Shown here: in pieces, positions 40,484 through 53,654 of the stretch
Position numbering within the stretch: the first letter of the stretch is position 1
Layout: each line of letters begins with the position of its first letter
Source: Eledone cirrhosa
Taxonomy: Eukaryota
Reading direction: 5' to 3'
Length of the DNA: 64,000 nucleotides
NCBI GenBank assembly: GCA_964016885.1
Contig: OZ024753.1
Coordinates: 8,308,001-8,372,000, forward strand
Program-made: the position numbers and the translations under genes
Notes under the pieces: model-generated
What the model was told of the DNA's origin: nothing
Seen by the model: only the letters and a program-made list of their open reading frames with translations
Databases searched by the model: none

Positions 40484-41223
40484 CCCTTTATCATTTAAAC
40501 TGGCTGTAACCAGCCAGAATTCTCTCATCTCTTTCTGTTCTAACTGACTTGAATTCTCTCACCTCTTTCTGTTTAAACTGCCAGAATTCTCTCACCTCTT
40601 TCTGTTTAAACTGCCAGAATTCTCTCACCTCTTTCTGTTTAAATTGCCAGAATTCTCTCACCTCTTTCTGTTTAAACTGCCAGAATTCTCTCATCTCTTT
40701 CTATTTAAACTGCCAGAATTTTCTCACCTCTTTCTGTTTAAACTGCCAGAATTTTCTTACCTCTTTCTGTTTAAACTGCCAGAATTCTCTCACCTCTTTC
40801 TGTTCAAACGGGCTGTAACTGGCCAGAATTCTCTCACCTCTTTTTGTACAAACCAGCTGTAACCAGCCAGAATTACCTCACCTCTTTCTGTTCAAACCGG
40901 CTGTATCCAGCCAGAATTCTCTCACTTCTTTTAGTTCAAACTGGCTGTATCCGGCCAGAATTCTCTCACCTCTTTCTCACACTCCTTAAGGCCTATTCTT
41001 TTTTCCTACCCTTCTATAAAACCTTATAATTATATCATGTGGAGATCATTTAAACCAGCCATATCTGGCCAGAATACTCTCACCTCTTTCTGTTCAAACC
41101 AGCTGAAACCGGTGGCTCATACCGAAGTTAAGATATTGTTCTCAAAATAAATAATATCAAAATCTCATAGATTGAATATACCACAAAAGTACAATAGTAT
41201 ATATAGAGTAATGTAAATACTAA
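40484..41223 (+). mobile_element. MITE family A with internal 33 bp and ~45 bp tandem expansion
   Basis: TTAA cccttta start; unit ctgccagaattctctcacctctttctgtttaaa repeated about 7 times. Confidence 0.8.
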
Positions 41224-41225
41224 AT

Positions 41226-41558
41226 TCATCATTTCATTTTACGTCCGCTTTTTCCCTGCTTGCAAGGGTGGGACGGGAACTGATTCTGGCTTGATTTCTA
41301 CAGCTGGATGCCCTTCCTAACGCCAACCTCATTTTACAGTGAGTGCTGGGTGCTTTTTTGCTGTGGCACCTCCACGACCACTTTGCAGTGGAATGATAGG
41401 GACCCCAGTCCCTATCATCTCATTTCTACAGCTGAGTAAACTGGAGCAATGTGAAATAAAGTGTCTTGCTCAAGGAAACAACACATCACCCGGTCTGAGA
41501 ATTGAACTCACAACCTTTCGATTGCAAGGCCAATGCTCTAACCACTAAGCCATGTGCC
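41226..41558 (-). mobile_element. SINE family 1
   Basis: Reverse complement of 6959-7304; possible TSD ctaaatt. Confidence 0.9.
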
Positions 41559-41980
41559 TGCTAAATTATCTCACATAATATTGAATCTATGAGATCTTAA
41601 AATCAGTATGAAGAAAAGAAGGTGAGAGAATTCTGACCAGATACATCCAGTTTAAATGCTAAAGGATTAAGGATTAAGGCATTTTAAATCCTGATGGAGC
41701 CCATCCACTCTTCAGGGGGTGAGTACAGCAGATTTCTCCCAGAGAAGGAAAGAAAATGAAAGATAGGAAGTGAGAAAGAGATATAGAGGAAGAATTAACC
41801 CCAGTATTAGACTGGTACTTTAGTGGTAATAAATCTGAGATAAACAATTATGTCACATAACCGATTCTGCTGGATATGCAATATCAAAGGTTTGTTTTCA
41901 TGCAGTGAAACTCCAATGGTAGCCATCTATATCTGTAGAAAGATGTTAACTTAGCACAAAATATTAAAACAATGCTTCTT

Positions 41981-42345
41981 CATTCTGTCCACCGGGGCTG
42001 TGAGGTGGCCAGCACGTGGGGGGACCCCATTTGCTCACTATACAGAGAGATGGGAAGGGCACGAGAGATGGGGGCAATGACAGTGGGAGTTTGGCTCTTC
42101 CGTGTTTGGTCCTGGTGTGTGTGAGAGATGGGGAGGGTGCGAGAGATGGGGGCGATGACGGTGGGAGTTTGGTTTGTCTGTGTTTGGTCCTGGTGTGTGT
42201 GAGAGATGAGGAGGGCGAGAAAGATGGAGGCGATGAAGGTGGGAGTTGACAGTGGGAGTTTGGCTCTTCTGTGTTTGGTCCTGGTGTGTTTGAGAGATGG
42301 GGAGGGCGAGAAAGATGGGGGCGATGACATGGGGAGTTCGAACAG
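41981..42345 (+). mobile_element. 3' end of a CRE-like retrotransposon with a ~78 bp tandem unit in its 3' UTR
   Basis: Shares attctgtc...ggtggccagcacgtggg..accccatttgctca and gacagtgggagtttggctc units with 52228-52445. Confidence 0.65.
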
Positions 42346-42890
42346 ATTGCACCTGTCAAGAGTGTATTTTCAAACATGTGACAAACATTGTGAATTCCTA
42401 TTTATAGTTTAAATCCTCTGTTAGTGTTAAACAACACTTGTCATAGGGAATATATTATTACCTTCTGATTACAATTTACTGTAGGTCAATAGTTGTATCG
42501 TATTGGAGTGTCTTGTCCTCTAACAGTGAATGAGTAAAAGAGTATTGACCATGTACATTTCATATGGTTATTTACAGCCTGATCTAGAATATCAAATATT
42601 AATATAATAATTGTTTCTACTTTTGGCACAAGGCCAGCAAATACCCAGTGCATTACTGGTACTTTATTTTATTGACCCCGTAAGGATGAAAGGCAAAGTC
42701 AATCTCGATGGTCACTGAAAAGGAAATATCTAGACATTACTAAGAAAATGAATGTGTGTATTGATGCATGTTTGTGTGTGGGAGAGAAAAGGAAAGAGAG
42801 AAACACACAAAAGAATGTGTGTATGGATGTGTATGTATGTGCGTAGGATAGAGAGAGAGAGCTAAACTCACGAAACGAACGTGTGTATGG

Positions 42891-42941
<51 letters not shown>

Positions 42942-44114
42942 GGGGAGAGAGGAGATAGAGAACAAGAATGAGAAGGAGAGAGAGAACGAGACAGAGAAGG
43001 AGAGAGAGAGAGAGCTAAACTCACGAAACAAACGTGTGTATGGATGGATGTGTGTGTATGGATGTGTGTGTGTGTGTGTGTGAGGGGGGAGAGAGGAGAT
43101 AGAGAACAAGAATGAGAATGAGAGAGAAGGAGAGAGAGAGAACGAGACAGAGAAGGAGAGAGAGAGAGAGCTGAACTCACAAAATGGATGTGACACTCGT
43201 CTGTTTTGATCTGTAATTTTTATGTGACATTCTGATATATTTAAAATTTTTCTGCTGGCTTCTTTTGACCTGGCAACATCTTTCATCATTTCCAGTTCAA
43301 TTAAAAGCAGAGATAGATTTGGCAGGTTTCCATCTTGGAGCTGGTCAATTTCCAGTCAGTTCTATGATTGCATCACCAATACTGGAATCATAACTTCTTT
43401 CTTGTTTGCTTAATTACTGTTTGGCAGTTTGGAAGAAGACGAAGTTGATAACATGCTCATGGAAATCTATCTGTACATTTAATGCTAGTTGATCTACCAA
43501 TTCATACACAATTCATTTGTATCTGGGAAAGAATCTCCTGCTAACCTATATATACAGGTGACTGCAAAGAACATGTTATGACATGTTTTCCCTTTGCCAA
43601 AGGCATTAAAAAATATTTGTGTAGGTGTTGCAACTTGGTTGAAATGTAATATACATAAGAAACAATAATTCAGATAAGTAAAAAAGAAAAAGAAAAAGTT
43701 TTGGAAAGCCTATCTATGTGTAAGCTACATTCATACTTACCATTATTGTTGGCCAGTCCATTACCATTACCATATTTATAATGAAAGACACTATCTATGA
43801 TCTTCAGATAATTTAGAGAAGAATCAGAAATTTGAACGGATTTAGTCATATTTTTGTAACTTCTCATTATGAAGCTGGTGAGAGCATTGCCTCAAGTTTG
43901 TAAAGGTAAAATGTTGATGGAAGGGTCTTTATTGCAGACTCATATTGAATTGGTCGACAGTGAAGGGACTTCTGATTAAGCGGCTAACAAGACCTAGACT
44001 TTAGGGGCAGACCATTCCTCCTTACACTATGGAAATATGTGTCACACAATAAAGAACAGTTTAACAAAACACTTGTTATTTTAAGTATAGCTTAACTACA
44101 GTTATACTAGCATT

Positions 44115-44792
44115 GAATTGGCAGTATCGGTAGAGGGTTGGGTGCCATGCTTTCTAGCATAGTTTCGTCCCTTTATGGTCTGAGGTTAACTTTGCCTTTC
44201 ATCCTTACGGGGTCGATAAAATAAAGTACCAGTAATGTACTGGGTAATTGCTGGCCTTGTGCCAAAAGTAGAAACAATTATATAGGTGGTGGATTGGCAG
44301 TATTGGTAGAGGGTCTTTGCACCATAGAGTTATGGACCTTTTTGGTCTGAGTTCAAATCCCGCAGAGGTTAGCTTTGCTTTTCATCCATACGGGGTTGAT
44401 GAAATAAAGTACCAGTAATGCACTGGGGACGATTTAATCGACTTTCCCCTCCCCCAAAATTGTTGGTCTTGTGCCTAAATCTGTAACCATTATTATAAGG
44501 GCACGTCCCTTTATGATTTGAGTTCAAATCCCGTGGAGGTTAACTTTGCTTTTCATCCTTACGGGGTTGATAAAATAAAGTACCAGCAATACACTGGGAT
44601 AATTGCTGGCCTTGTGCCAAAAGTAGAAACCATTATTATAAGGGCAGTAGATCAGAATTTCACCAAGATTAGTTTTGCCTTTCATCTCTACAGATCAATA
44701 AAATATAGTACCAGTGATACACTGAGGTTGATTTAATCAACTTCCCCTTCCAAAAAATTGTTGAGCTTATGCCTAAATCAGAAACAATTATT
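44115..44792 (+). mobile_element. Head-to-tail cluster of about 4 SINE family 2 copies
   Basis: Repeated core and ATT tails. Confidence 0.85.
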
Positions 44793-45153
44793 TAAATGCT
44801 ATGAGGTTACCCCAGAAATTCATCCACCCAAAATATTATATTCTAAGGAAACTATTACGTGGAAGAAAGAATTTCCAATATTTAGACAAAACCATTTCAT
44901 CGTATTTTTTTAGTTAATGATTCATACTTCATATTCCGTGTTTGAAAAATTTGGCAACGTTTCTCATGATTTGGCAAAGATTTTGGTTATTTCATATCAA
45001 AAACAATTTCATGTGTGTGAGATAAATAGGATTTCGCTGAGTTGAAATAAAACTGTTGAAGTTCCTACAGCAAATAGGATTTGCTTCATTCACCTAATGA
45101 AGCTGTAAAAATACTACCTTTCTCTGTGTGTGTGTACACATATATATATATAT

Positions 45154-45154
<1 letters not shown>

Positions 45155-45185
<31 letters not shown>

Positions 45186-46012
45186 TGTTTAACGTCCATA
45201 TTCCACGCTTGCATGGGTTTGGACGGGGGTTTTCCCACTTGAGGCAACAGTGGTTGTCTTGCTCGCATAGGACTGTCTGGCGGGTTTTCTATGGCTGGAT
45301 GCCCCTCCTAACACCAACCACATTTACAGTGTGGAACTGGGAGGTTTTTACCATGTTACCTACACGGCCACATTACAGCGTGGACTGTGTGTCTTTTTGT
45401 CGTGACACCTACACGACCTCATTTGTTTCGGGCTGGTTGTTGTGGTACCAACATAACTTTACATTGAAAGGGGTGGTGTGGATGAGGTGGGGGTAGTGGG
45501 ACGGGGTGTATTTTGTTAGAGGTGCCTACTGACTGTAGTAGGTTTCACTTTGCACTTAGGTAAGGCGGGTCTTCTCTATTACTGTGTAGCGCCAAAGATC
45601 TCGGTCTAGTGACATTGTCTTGGAGAGGTGTAAGTGTGTGAGGTCGGAATTTATCAAGTCGTCCCAGGTTTTTCTGGGTCTGCCTACTCCGTGGCTACCG
45701 TCTATTTTTATTGCCCTGCACTTTTTTATACAGCTGTCATCTTTAATGCGCATCACGTGACCATACCAACGTAGTCTTCTCTCGAGTAAACAGCATCTGA
45801 TCCCTCTTATTTTTAATTTCTCCCTTAGTTCGTTTATGCTTTGCCGTTCACGTATATTACTATTACACATCCAGCGGAGCATGCAAGCTTCGTTACTCTC
45901 CAGTCTGCGTATATCCTCTGCACACAATGCCCAGGTCTCACTGCCATGTAACATTGCTGTTCATATGCAGGCATCATACAGCCTGCCTTTCATTTTTAGA
46001 GAGAACCCTTTG
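45155..46012 (-). mobile_element. 5'-truncated RTE LINE; ORF C-terminus at 45556-46012, then 3' UTR and ATG tail
   Basis: KGRLYDACI*TAMLHGSETW...MLRWMC...RRLRWYGHVMR...GRPRKTWDD...DRDLWR is a typical RTE C-terminal region. Confidence 0.92.
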
Positions 46013-46029
46013 GATATATATCTATCTAT

Positions 46030-46240
46030 CTAAGGCGGGTAAAATTCCCGAGATCCATGGATGAGTTCTCTCCAGCGGTCTCTGTCCCTCATTATCGCTG
46101 CCATATCCTGCATCTCCAACAGACCAGTGTCTGTCCTTAGGGCATCAACATATGTTAACCTTGGTCTTCCTCTTCTAGTGTGTCCATGTAGGGGCTCCCA
46201 AAGGAGCACTGAGTGCAATGTCGTCTCTGGATGTCGGTGG
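46030..46240 (-). mobile_element. 3' end of a second RTE-like LINE family
   Basis: HRHPE...VLLWEPLHGHTRRGRPRLTYVDALRTDTGL...IMRDRDRWR. Confidence 0.8.
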
Positions 46241-46429
46241 ATATATATATATATATATACGGGATAACAAGTTATTGTTATACATATTATACATATTTCA
46301 GACATTTCTAATTGTCCTTAACACTATGACTTATTAAAGTAATATAAACAAATCACTATCCGGATGACTTCCAAAAACAATGGTTGCATTTTAATAGGGT
46401 ACATCAAAGCTTATTTGTAAAACTGTTAT

Positions 46430-46506
46430 ATATTGTATTTTGTCTGATGAAGGCATACCATAATTTAATTTGGTATCCCTAAAATATGTATAATGAAATA
46501 AATATG
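46430..46506 (+). ncRNA. Type I hammerhead, core mutated (GAAA>AAAA)
   Basis: tattttgt CTGATGA aggcatacca/tggtatccct AAAA tatgta TA atgaaata. Confidence 0.7.
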
Positions 46507-46539
46507 GTTTTATAAATATAGTTTCCATTTATTAATATC

Positions 46540-46582
<43 letters not shown>

Positions 46583-46613
46583 ATTAAATAAATGGAAACT
46601 ATATTTATAAAAC

Positions 46614-46691
46614 CATATTTATTTCATTATATATATTTCAGGGATAACATATTAACAATATGCTATGCCTTCCTCAGACAAAATACAATAT
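46614..46691 (-). ncRNA. Type I hammerhead ribozyme, intact core
   Basis: Minus strand: tattttgt CTGAGGA aggcatagcatatt/aatatgttatccct GAAA tatata TA atgaaata; predicted cut between 46628 and 46627. Confidence 0.8.
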
Positions 46692-47145
46692 AAACAGTTT
46701 TATAGATAAATAGATTCGACATGGTTTTATAAATATAGTTTCCATTTATTTAATATTGTAAATATACTCCAAATATTTGTCGAGTGCTTTTATATCAGTT
46801 ATAAATATTTACTAGTTGTAACACAACAATTTAAATATAACTTTCCATATATATATATATATATATAAGTGTGTGTGTGTAGTTTGAGTATGTTACATCT
46901 CAAAAGATTTCTTTCTCTGCTTTAGGTTTCATGATTAATTCTCCTTATGTTTTGGTAGGTTTCGTTTGAAGTAGTAAATAAAAATACAAATATGTGTGTA
47001 TGTTTGAGCATGTGTATTGCCCTACAAATTGTATTGGGTACATGAAAACATATTTATATATATATATATATATAAATATAAATATATATATAAATATATA
47101 TAAATAAATATATATATATATATATATTTATATATAAATATATAA

Positions 47146-47176
<31 letters not shown>

Positions 47177-47384
47177 AATATATATATTTATATAAATATA
47201 TATAAATATATATATAAATATATATAAATATATATATATATAAATATATATAAATATATATATAAATATATATATAAATATAAATATATATATAAATATA
47301 TATATAAATATTTATATATATATATATATATATAAATATATATATATTTAGGTTTGTCAGTCCCATGGATTTTGTCTATTATAT

Positions 47385-47467
47385 TCCTTTGTTATATTTC
47401 AAATACCTGATGATGTCACCGGATTCATACTGAACCCAGTCATTGAAATGATCATAGTATAATAAAC
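47385..47467 (+). ncRNA. Type I hammerhead ribozyme, intact core, weakened stem II base
   Basis: atac CTGATGA(47407-13) ...ggattca/tgaaccc... GAAA(47445-48) tgatca TA gtat; palindrome ATGATCAT. Confidence 0.7.
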
Positions 47468-47512
47468 CTTTCAAGGAAGTACACCAGTCTAGCCTCCTGT
47501 TATTTTATAAAT

Positions 47513-47613
<101 letters not shown>

Positions 47614-47685
47614 TCCAGCATAGCTCTGATTTTGTGTTTCGTTTCGCTACCTGCCGAAATGCGATTCTCACTCAATTTATATTTA

Positions 47686-47767
<82 letters not shown>

Positions 47768-47770
47768 AAT

Positions 47771-47885
<115 letters not shown>

Positions 47886-48080
47886 TATAAATATATATAT
47901 AAATATATATATATATATTATATGTTAAGGTTTCAATACATATTAAATGTGTAACAATCATCTTTCTCAATAAAAAAGCTCGATGGATTTTAGTTTAGTG
48001 CATCAATTATATACATTTAAAATATATATAGAGAGATATTAAAAAATATATGAATTTTCTTCTCTATATATATCTTTTAA

Positions 48081-48149
<69 letters not shown>

Positions 48150-48150
<1 letters not shown>

Positions 48151-48335
48151 ATAATAATTGTTTCTACTTTTGGCACAAGGCCAGCAATTACACCAGTGTA
48201 TTACTGGTACTTTATTTTATCGACCCTGTAAGGATGAAAGGTAAAGTTAACCTCGGCGGGATTTGAACTCAGAGCGTAAAGGGCCGTGACTCTATGCTGC
48301 AAAGCATGGTGTCCGACTCTCTACTGATACTGCCA
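48150..48335 (-). mobile_element. SINE family 2
   Basis: Conserved core, reverse orientation. Confidence 0.85.
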
Positions 48336-48382
48336 AAATAATACTAAAAGGACAATTTGTAAGGCCTTCATTACGTTTATTG

Positions 48383-48472
48383 ATTTGTAATGCATGTTTT
48401 GCTATTGATCAGCTGAAGGTTCAATCTCTATCGATCTGGCCCAAATCTGGAATCAAAAGCTCGTCGGACCTC
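48383..48472 (-). ncRNA. Decayed hammerhead-like motif (CCGACGA ... AAAA catgca TT) with long stem II
   Basis: Stem II base gcttttgatt/gatcaatagc; paralogue in 31400-31495. Confidence 0.5.
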
Positions 48473-48619
48473 TGCTGTTGTAATGAGTAACTTCACATTA
48501 CTCTCCCTGTATATATATATATATAATGTGTGTATATATATATATAACCCGTCTAACCCATGCTAGCGTGGAAGATGGACATTAAAACGATGATAATGAT
48601 ATATATATATATATATATA

Positions 48620-48958
48620 TCATTTCATTCATTTCATTTTACGTCCACTTTTCCCTGCTTGCAAGGGTGGGACGGGAACTGAATCTGGCTTGATTTCTAC
48701 AGCTGGATGCCCTTCCTAACACCAACCTCATTTATAGTGAGTGCTGGGTGCTTTTTTCCGTGGCACCTCCACGACCACTTTGCAGTGGAATGATAGGGAC
48801 CCCAGTCCCTATCATCTCATTTCTACAGCTGAGTAAACTGGAGCAATGTGAAATAAAGTGCCTTGCTCAAGGAAACAACACATCACCCGGTCTGAGAATT
48901 GAACTCACAACCTTTCGATTGCAAGGCCAATGCTCTAACCACTAAGCCATGTGCCTCC
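48620..48958 (-). mobile_element. SINE family 1
   Basis: Reverse complement of 6959-7304. Confidence 0.9.
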
Positions 48959-49160
48959 ATATATGTATATATATATCAATTCAAGTATGTGTTGGTTAAT
49001 TACTAACACTACAGTATGCAGGGTAGAGCACTTGCCAAAATACGCAGGTGGGTCTGTTTACTCCGGAGTGACACCAAATTTCAGCACTGAGCATATAAAG
49101 AAACATCAAAATAACTGAAGTAAGCTTTATTCCATCGTTATGTTTTTCTGTTTTTTTCTG

Positions 49161-49239
49161 TTCAAATTCTAGCTGTCTGATGAGGTCATAGCTGTTGTAT
49201 AATAGTTATCACCGAAAAATATATAACAGCAATTATGAA
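49161..49239 (+). ncRNA. Type I hammerhead ribozyme, intact core
   Basis: gctgt CTGATGA(49177-83) ggtcatagctgtt/aatagttatcacc GAAA(49214-17) aatata TA acagc; predicted cut after 49225. Confidence 0.8.
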
Positions 49240-49344
49240 TAAACAAAGTTAATTTTAACCTCTTGATTTACACTTCTTATTCATATATATATTCATATCT
49301 ATCTATCTATCTATCTCTATCTCTCTCTATATATAGAGAGAGAT

Positions 49345-49656
49345 AGAGCATTGGCCTTGCAATCGAAAGGTTGTGAGTTCAATTCACAGACCGGGTGATG
49401 TATTGTTTCCTTGAGCAAGGCACTTTATTTCACATTGCTCCAGTTTCCTCAGCTGTAGAAATGAGATGATAGGGACTGGGGTCCATATCATTCCACTGCA
49501 AAGTGGTCGTGGAGGTGCCACGGCAAAAAAGCACCCAGCACTCACTGTAAATGAGGTTGGTGTTAGGAAGGGCATCCAGCTGTAGAAATCAAGCCTGAAT
49601 CAGTTCCTGTCCCACCCTTGCAAGCAGGGAAAAGCGGACGTAAAATGATGATGATG

Positions 49657-49662
<6 letters not shown>
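49345..49662 (+). mobile_element. SINE family 1, slightly 5' truncated
   Basis: Matches 6985-7300. Confidence 0.9.
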
Positions 49663-49701
<39 letters not shown>

Positions 49702-49856
49702 CAATGGAAATCTGTGGCATGTAAGATATATATTATTTGTATTTAATCGATTTTCAGTAGTTTATTCTAACAGGAATGGAATATTCTTGTTAGTCTAACG
49801 AAACGTTCATAAATCAATGACATGCTTTAATTTAAAATCCTTGTTAATCTTTGTTC

Positions 49857-49908
<52 letters not shown>

Positions 49909-49983
49909 TAGATATTATATATTGGCACATGACCCTCCTAAAGTATAACAACATATATATATATTATATATATATATATATAT

Positions 49984-50015
<32 letters not shown>

Positions 50016-50407
50016 ATATATATAATATAATATATATTTATATATATATATAAATATATATGTATTAAAAAAAATATATATATATATAAAAAAAATATAT
50101 ATATATATGTGTGTATGTATATATATTTTATATATATATATTATATATATATATATATCATATAAATATATCTATAAAAATATATATATATATATATATA
50201 CATGTGTGTGTCTATGTATATATATATTATATATATATATTATATAAATAATATATGTATAAAAAAAAAATATATATATATGTGTGTGTATGTATATATA
50301 TATTATATATATATATATATATTATATATAATATATATTATATATATATGATGATGATGATATATATATATATATAATATGTGTGTATGTATTTATATAT
50401 ATATATA

Positions 50408-50468
<61 letters not shown>

Positions 50469-50481
50469 TGTATAAAAAAAA

Positions 50482-50528
<47 letters not shown>

Positions 50529-50541
50529 TATATGTATAAAA

Positions 50542-50587
<46 letters not shown>

Positions 50588-50619
50588 GTGTGTATGTATG
50601 TATATATATATATACATAT

Positions 50620-51208
50620 GCTACTGGTAACATGTATCCCAGTACAACCTGTCTCATGGTCGGGTCGTTGGCGACTAAACTGGCAACCCCACCAAGGTTT
50701 CTTGGTGAGGAGGGTGACTTTGGACATCCTGCAGGACTAAAAACAAAACCTGTCAAAGGGCAAGGGAGCTCTTAAGACTCAATAGCCATCCAAAATCACC
50801 GGGAGAGATGACCCCTTAGCCTTTGTCAAGGCAGAATTCTAGGAGAAGGAAAACTCTGATATAACACCTGCAACCCTGATGGTATCCAATGATGTTGACT
50901 TGTTCTTCTTTTTGGTAAATATCATCTTGGTTAAGAGAGTGGGACTGGCTTTGTGCAGTGCCTTTGCTCACTATAAAAGCTTCACAGCACAGGCATTGCT
51001 TTATATCTGGAGATCTCTCTGCACTTGTCATCACATGGTCAATATGATGCACTATGTGTCAATAATGGTCACAAGTGTAGTCTTTGTACCAGAGTTTTCA
51101 AGTCGCTGGCTGGACTAAAAAGTCACATTCGTTCAGCGCATCGGTAGGGGTTCTCCTACATGGATATAAAGCAGTGGCCGTACTCGAAAACGAGTTGGCA
51201 GCCACCAT
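50620..51208 (+). mobile_element. Internally deleted RTE-type element (5' UTR-like part and 3' end with a C2H2 finger) in (TA)n
   Basis: 51064-51147 translates NGHKCSLCTRVFKSLAGLKSHIRSAHR*, like RTE C-terminal zinc fingers; tctaggagaaggaaaactctga resembles RTE 5' UTRs. Confidence 0.65.
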
Positions 51209-51239
51209 ATATATATATATATTATATATATATATATCT

Positions 51240-51321
<82 letters not shown>

Positions 51322-51982
51322 GTCTTCCAATGAAAATATAGATTTGGGAAATTTCAATAACTTTATAAAGTATACATCATAATGTCAAAAGGCTTGCATG
51401 CTATTTATGAACCATATATATAGAATGATGGAAATGGAAATTTCCTATACTTTTAACATTGAACTTACATTTTTTTTTTTTTTGCCATCGTAGTTTATCT
51501 TTATTTTTCTCATAATAAGTTGATCTTTACTATATTAGTGGATGTATGTATATTGAGGTATGTTTTCACACATTTTCTGTTATATACTCTCTCACCATTC
51601 TCATCATCTAATAATTATTATATTAACAGCAACATGTTTCATAGAGGGCTTTGAATGCTGAATTTCATTACATAACTATAATGAAATATCCCTCTTTATA
51701 TTTCACTTTTGTATTGTTGCTATTGAAATAGTTTTATCCAACGTTGTTCCTTTATAACTGAAAATGTATTGTACTTTAAAATCATAAATTTAAAATCATA
51801 GCTGATCTATTTAAGCTTTTTAACCCTTTTGATGCCAAACTGCCTAAAACCACCACACCTGATTCTACGTAAATGAGCTGTATGTTGTAAAGGATTTATA
51901 TATATCTAAAACCCTTCCATTTTAATTTTTTCTAACACTCTTTGTTAAGTTATGCATCAAACACCTGCTTAATAATGAGACT

Positions 51983-52445
51983 AACCGAGGCTCTGCTGCA
52001 TTTCAGGTTGACGAGGGTAAACTCTCCAAGTATTGGTCGCTCTCCGCTCCGACAGGTTTACAGTCAAGCCTCTAGCAATGGGGACTTCTGGTGTCCTTGG
52101 CCCTATGGTCACCTCCCTACATAATACCGTAGGTGCTGACTGGCTAACCACAGGTGTGAGCCTTGCAGGATGGAATGGCTCTTCCAGCGCCATCGAACTC
52201 ACCTTCCTCTGGGGAAACTCCTTCTCTATTCTGTCTGCTGGGACCATGGGGTGGCCAGCACGTGGGACCCCATTTGCTCATAATAGTGAGAGATGGGGAG
52301 GGTGAGAGAGATGGAAGTGATGACAGTGGGAGTTCGGCTCCTCTGTGTTTGGACCTGGTGTACATGTGTGTGTTGAGAGGGTGAGAGAGATGGCAGTGAT
52401 GACAGTGGGAGTTTGGGTCCTCTGTGTTCAGACCTGGTGAAGGTG
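51983..52445 (+). pseudogene. CRE-clade non-LTR retrotransposon RLE C-terminus (frameshifted) and 3' UTR
   Basis: Stitched frames: GSAAFQVDEGKLSKYWSLS/DRFTVKPLAMGTSGVLGP.../LANHRCEPCRMEWLFQR/IELTFLWGNSFSILSA; matches the CRE motifs K..KY..L, PxAxETxGxxG and LFQRISxxxxRGNxxSI. Confidence 0.75.
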
Positions 52446-52569
52446 TATAATACATGCTTACTGTCTTATCATTTAGTCAAAATATAGTATTTGTATTGTA
52501 TTGACTGATGCACTGGGTAATTGCTGGCCTTGTGCCTAAAGTAGAAACAATTATTTTTTTTTCAAATAT

Positions 52570-52633
52570 TTGGTTGTCAAAATTAGGGTGTGTCCTCAAG
52601 GACGAAGCGTCTTCAGCGCCGGAAAATATGGTA
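52570..52633. mobile_element. Terminal fragment of a Tc2/Pogo-type MITE
   Basis: gcgtctt..gcgccggaaaatatggTA resembles CCGTATTTTCC-type TIRs with a TA target. Confidence 0.45.
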
Positions 52634-53433
52634 TGTTACTGAATCCTTCCAAATGTTCAATCATCATCATTGTACGTCCGCTTTTCCCTACTTGCAAGAG
52701 TGGGATGGGTCCTATTCAGCACAGCATCTCTCCACTTGTCCTTTGATCATTTTCAAAATTTTGTGAAAACCATAAACTGCATTTCATTAGATATATGGTA
52801 ATGAAGGGGTTACACTTAGCATTTGTCCAATTATTAAACTCAAACAATTGACTACTATATAATTCCCTGGGTCTCCTTTGATTTACATGGGAGGTAACTG
52901 CGTTTTCTAGCATTTCTGACAAGTTGTGAAAATATTTAACCCTTAAAGAGCGTTAGAAGGATACAGTTGTGAAGAGGAGGAAACATATATCATATTCTCG
53001 CTTAACACAATGGAACTTAGGCTAAACATCAGCCATTAATTGTCACTTGGAATTATTGGAAACATATATTTATATTTTTAAATTGCTGCAACAGGATAGA
53101 GGGTTGGGGATTGGCAGCAGTAGAAGTAGGGGTTATGGTGTCAAGTGAGTTTAAATAGGGGCAGAAAGTTCAGAAGCTCAGACATTGTTGTTGTTAGGGG
53201 AGAGGATATAGAGAAGAGGGTTATATAGTATGATCTTGAAAATGATTTCTTGTTGATCTGTATAACAAAACCTCTAATACAGTGTAAATTTCATTATTCT
53301 ATCAAGTAAAGTTTACAGAAATAAATGGTTTATTGCTACAATGAAACTGGCAGGACTTTCTCCAGGGAGTTATCGATTGCCATAATCATTACTTCTAGCA
53401 TTGTATAATGCATATTTTATCATATGATCTACA

Positions 53434-53519
<86 letters not shown>

Positions 53520-53611
53520 GTGTGTGTGTGTGTATATGAATACATATGTGTATATATGTAGATGGTGTAGGACAGAACAAAAGAGAGACACAAAATTAAA
53601 TTTATAAAACA

Positions 53612-53654
53612 GTCACTAAAGAGGTCACAGAATGTGTGACGAAAGAGCTTTGAT
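53612..53654 (+). ncRNA. Decayed minimal hammerhead (CTAAAGA ... GAAA gagc TT)
   Basis: gtca/tgat stem I and gtcaca/tgtgac stem II; G5>A in the core. Lies in a TA-inserted element related to 60035-60180. Confidence 0.45.
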
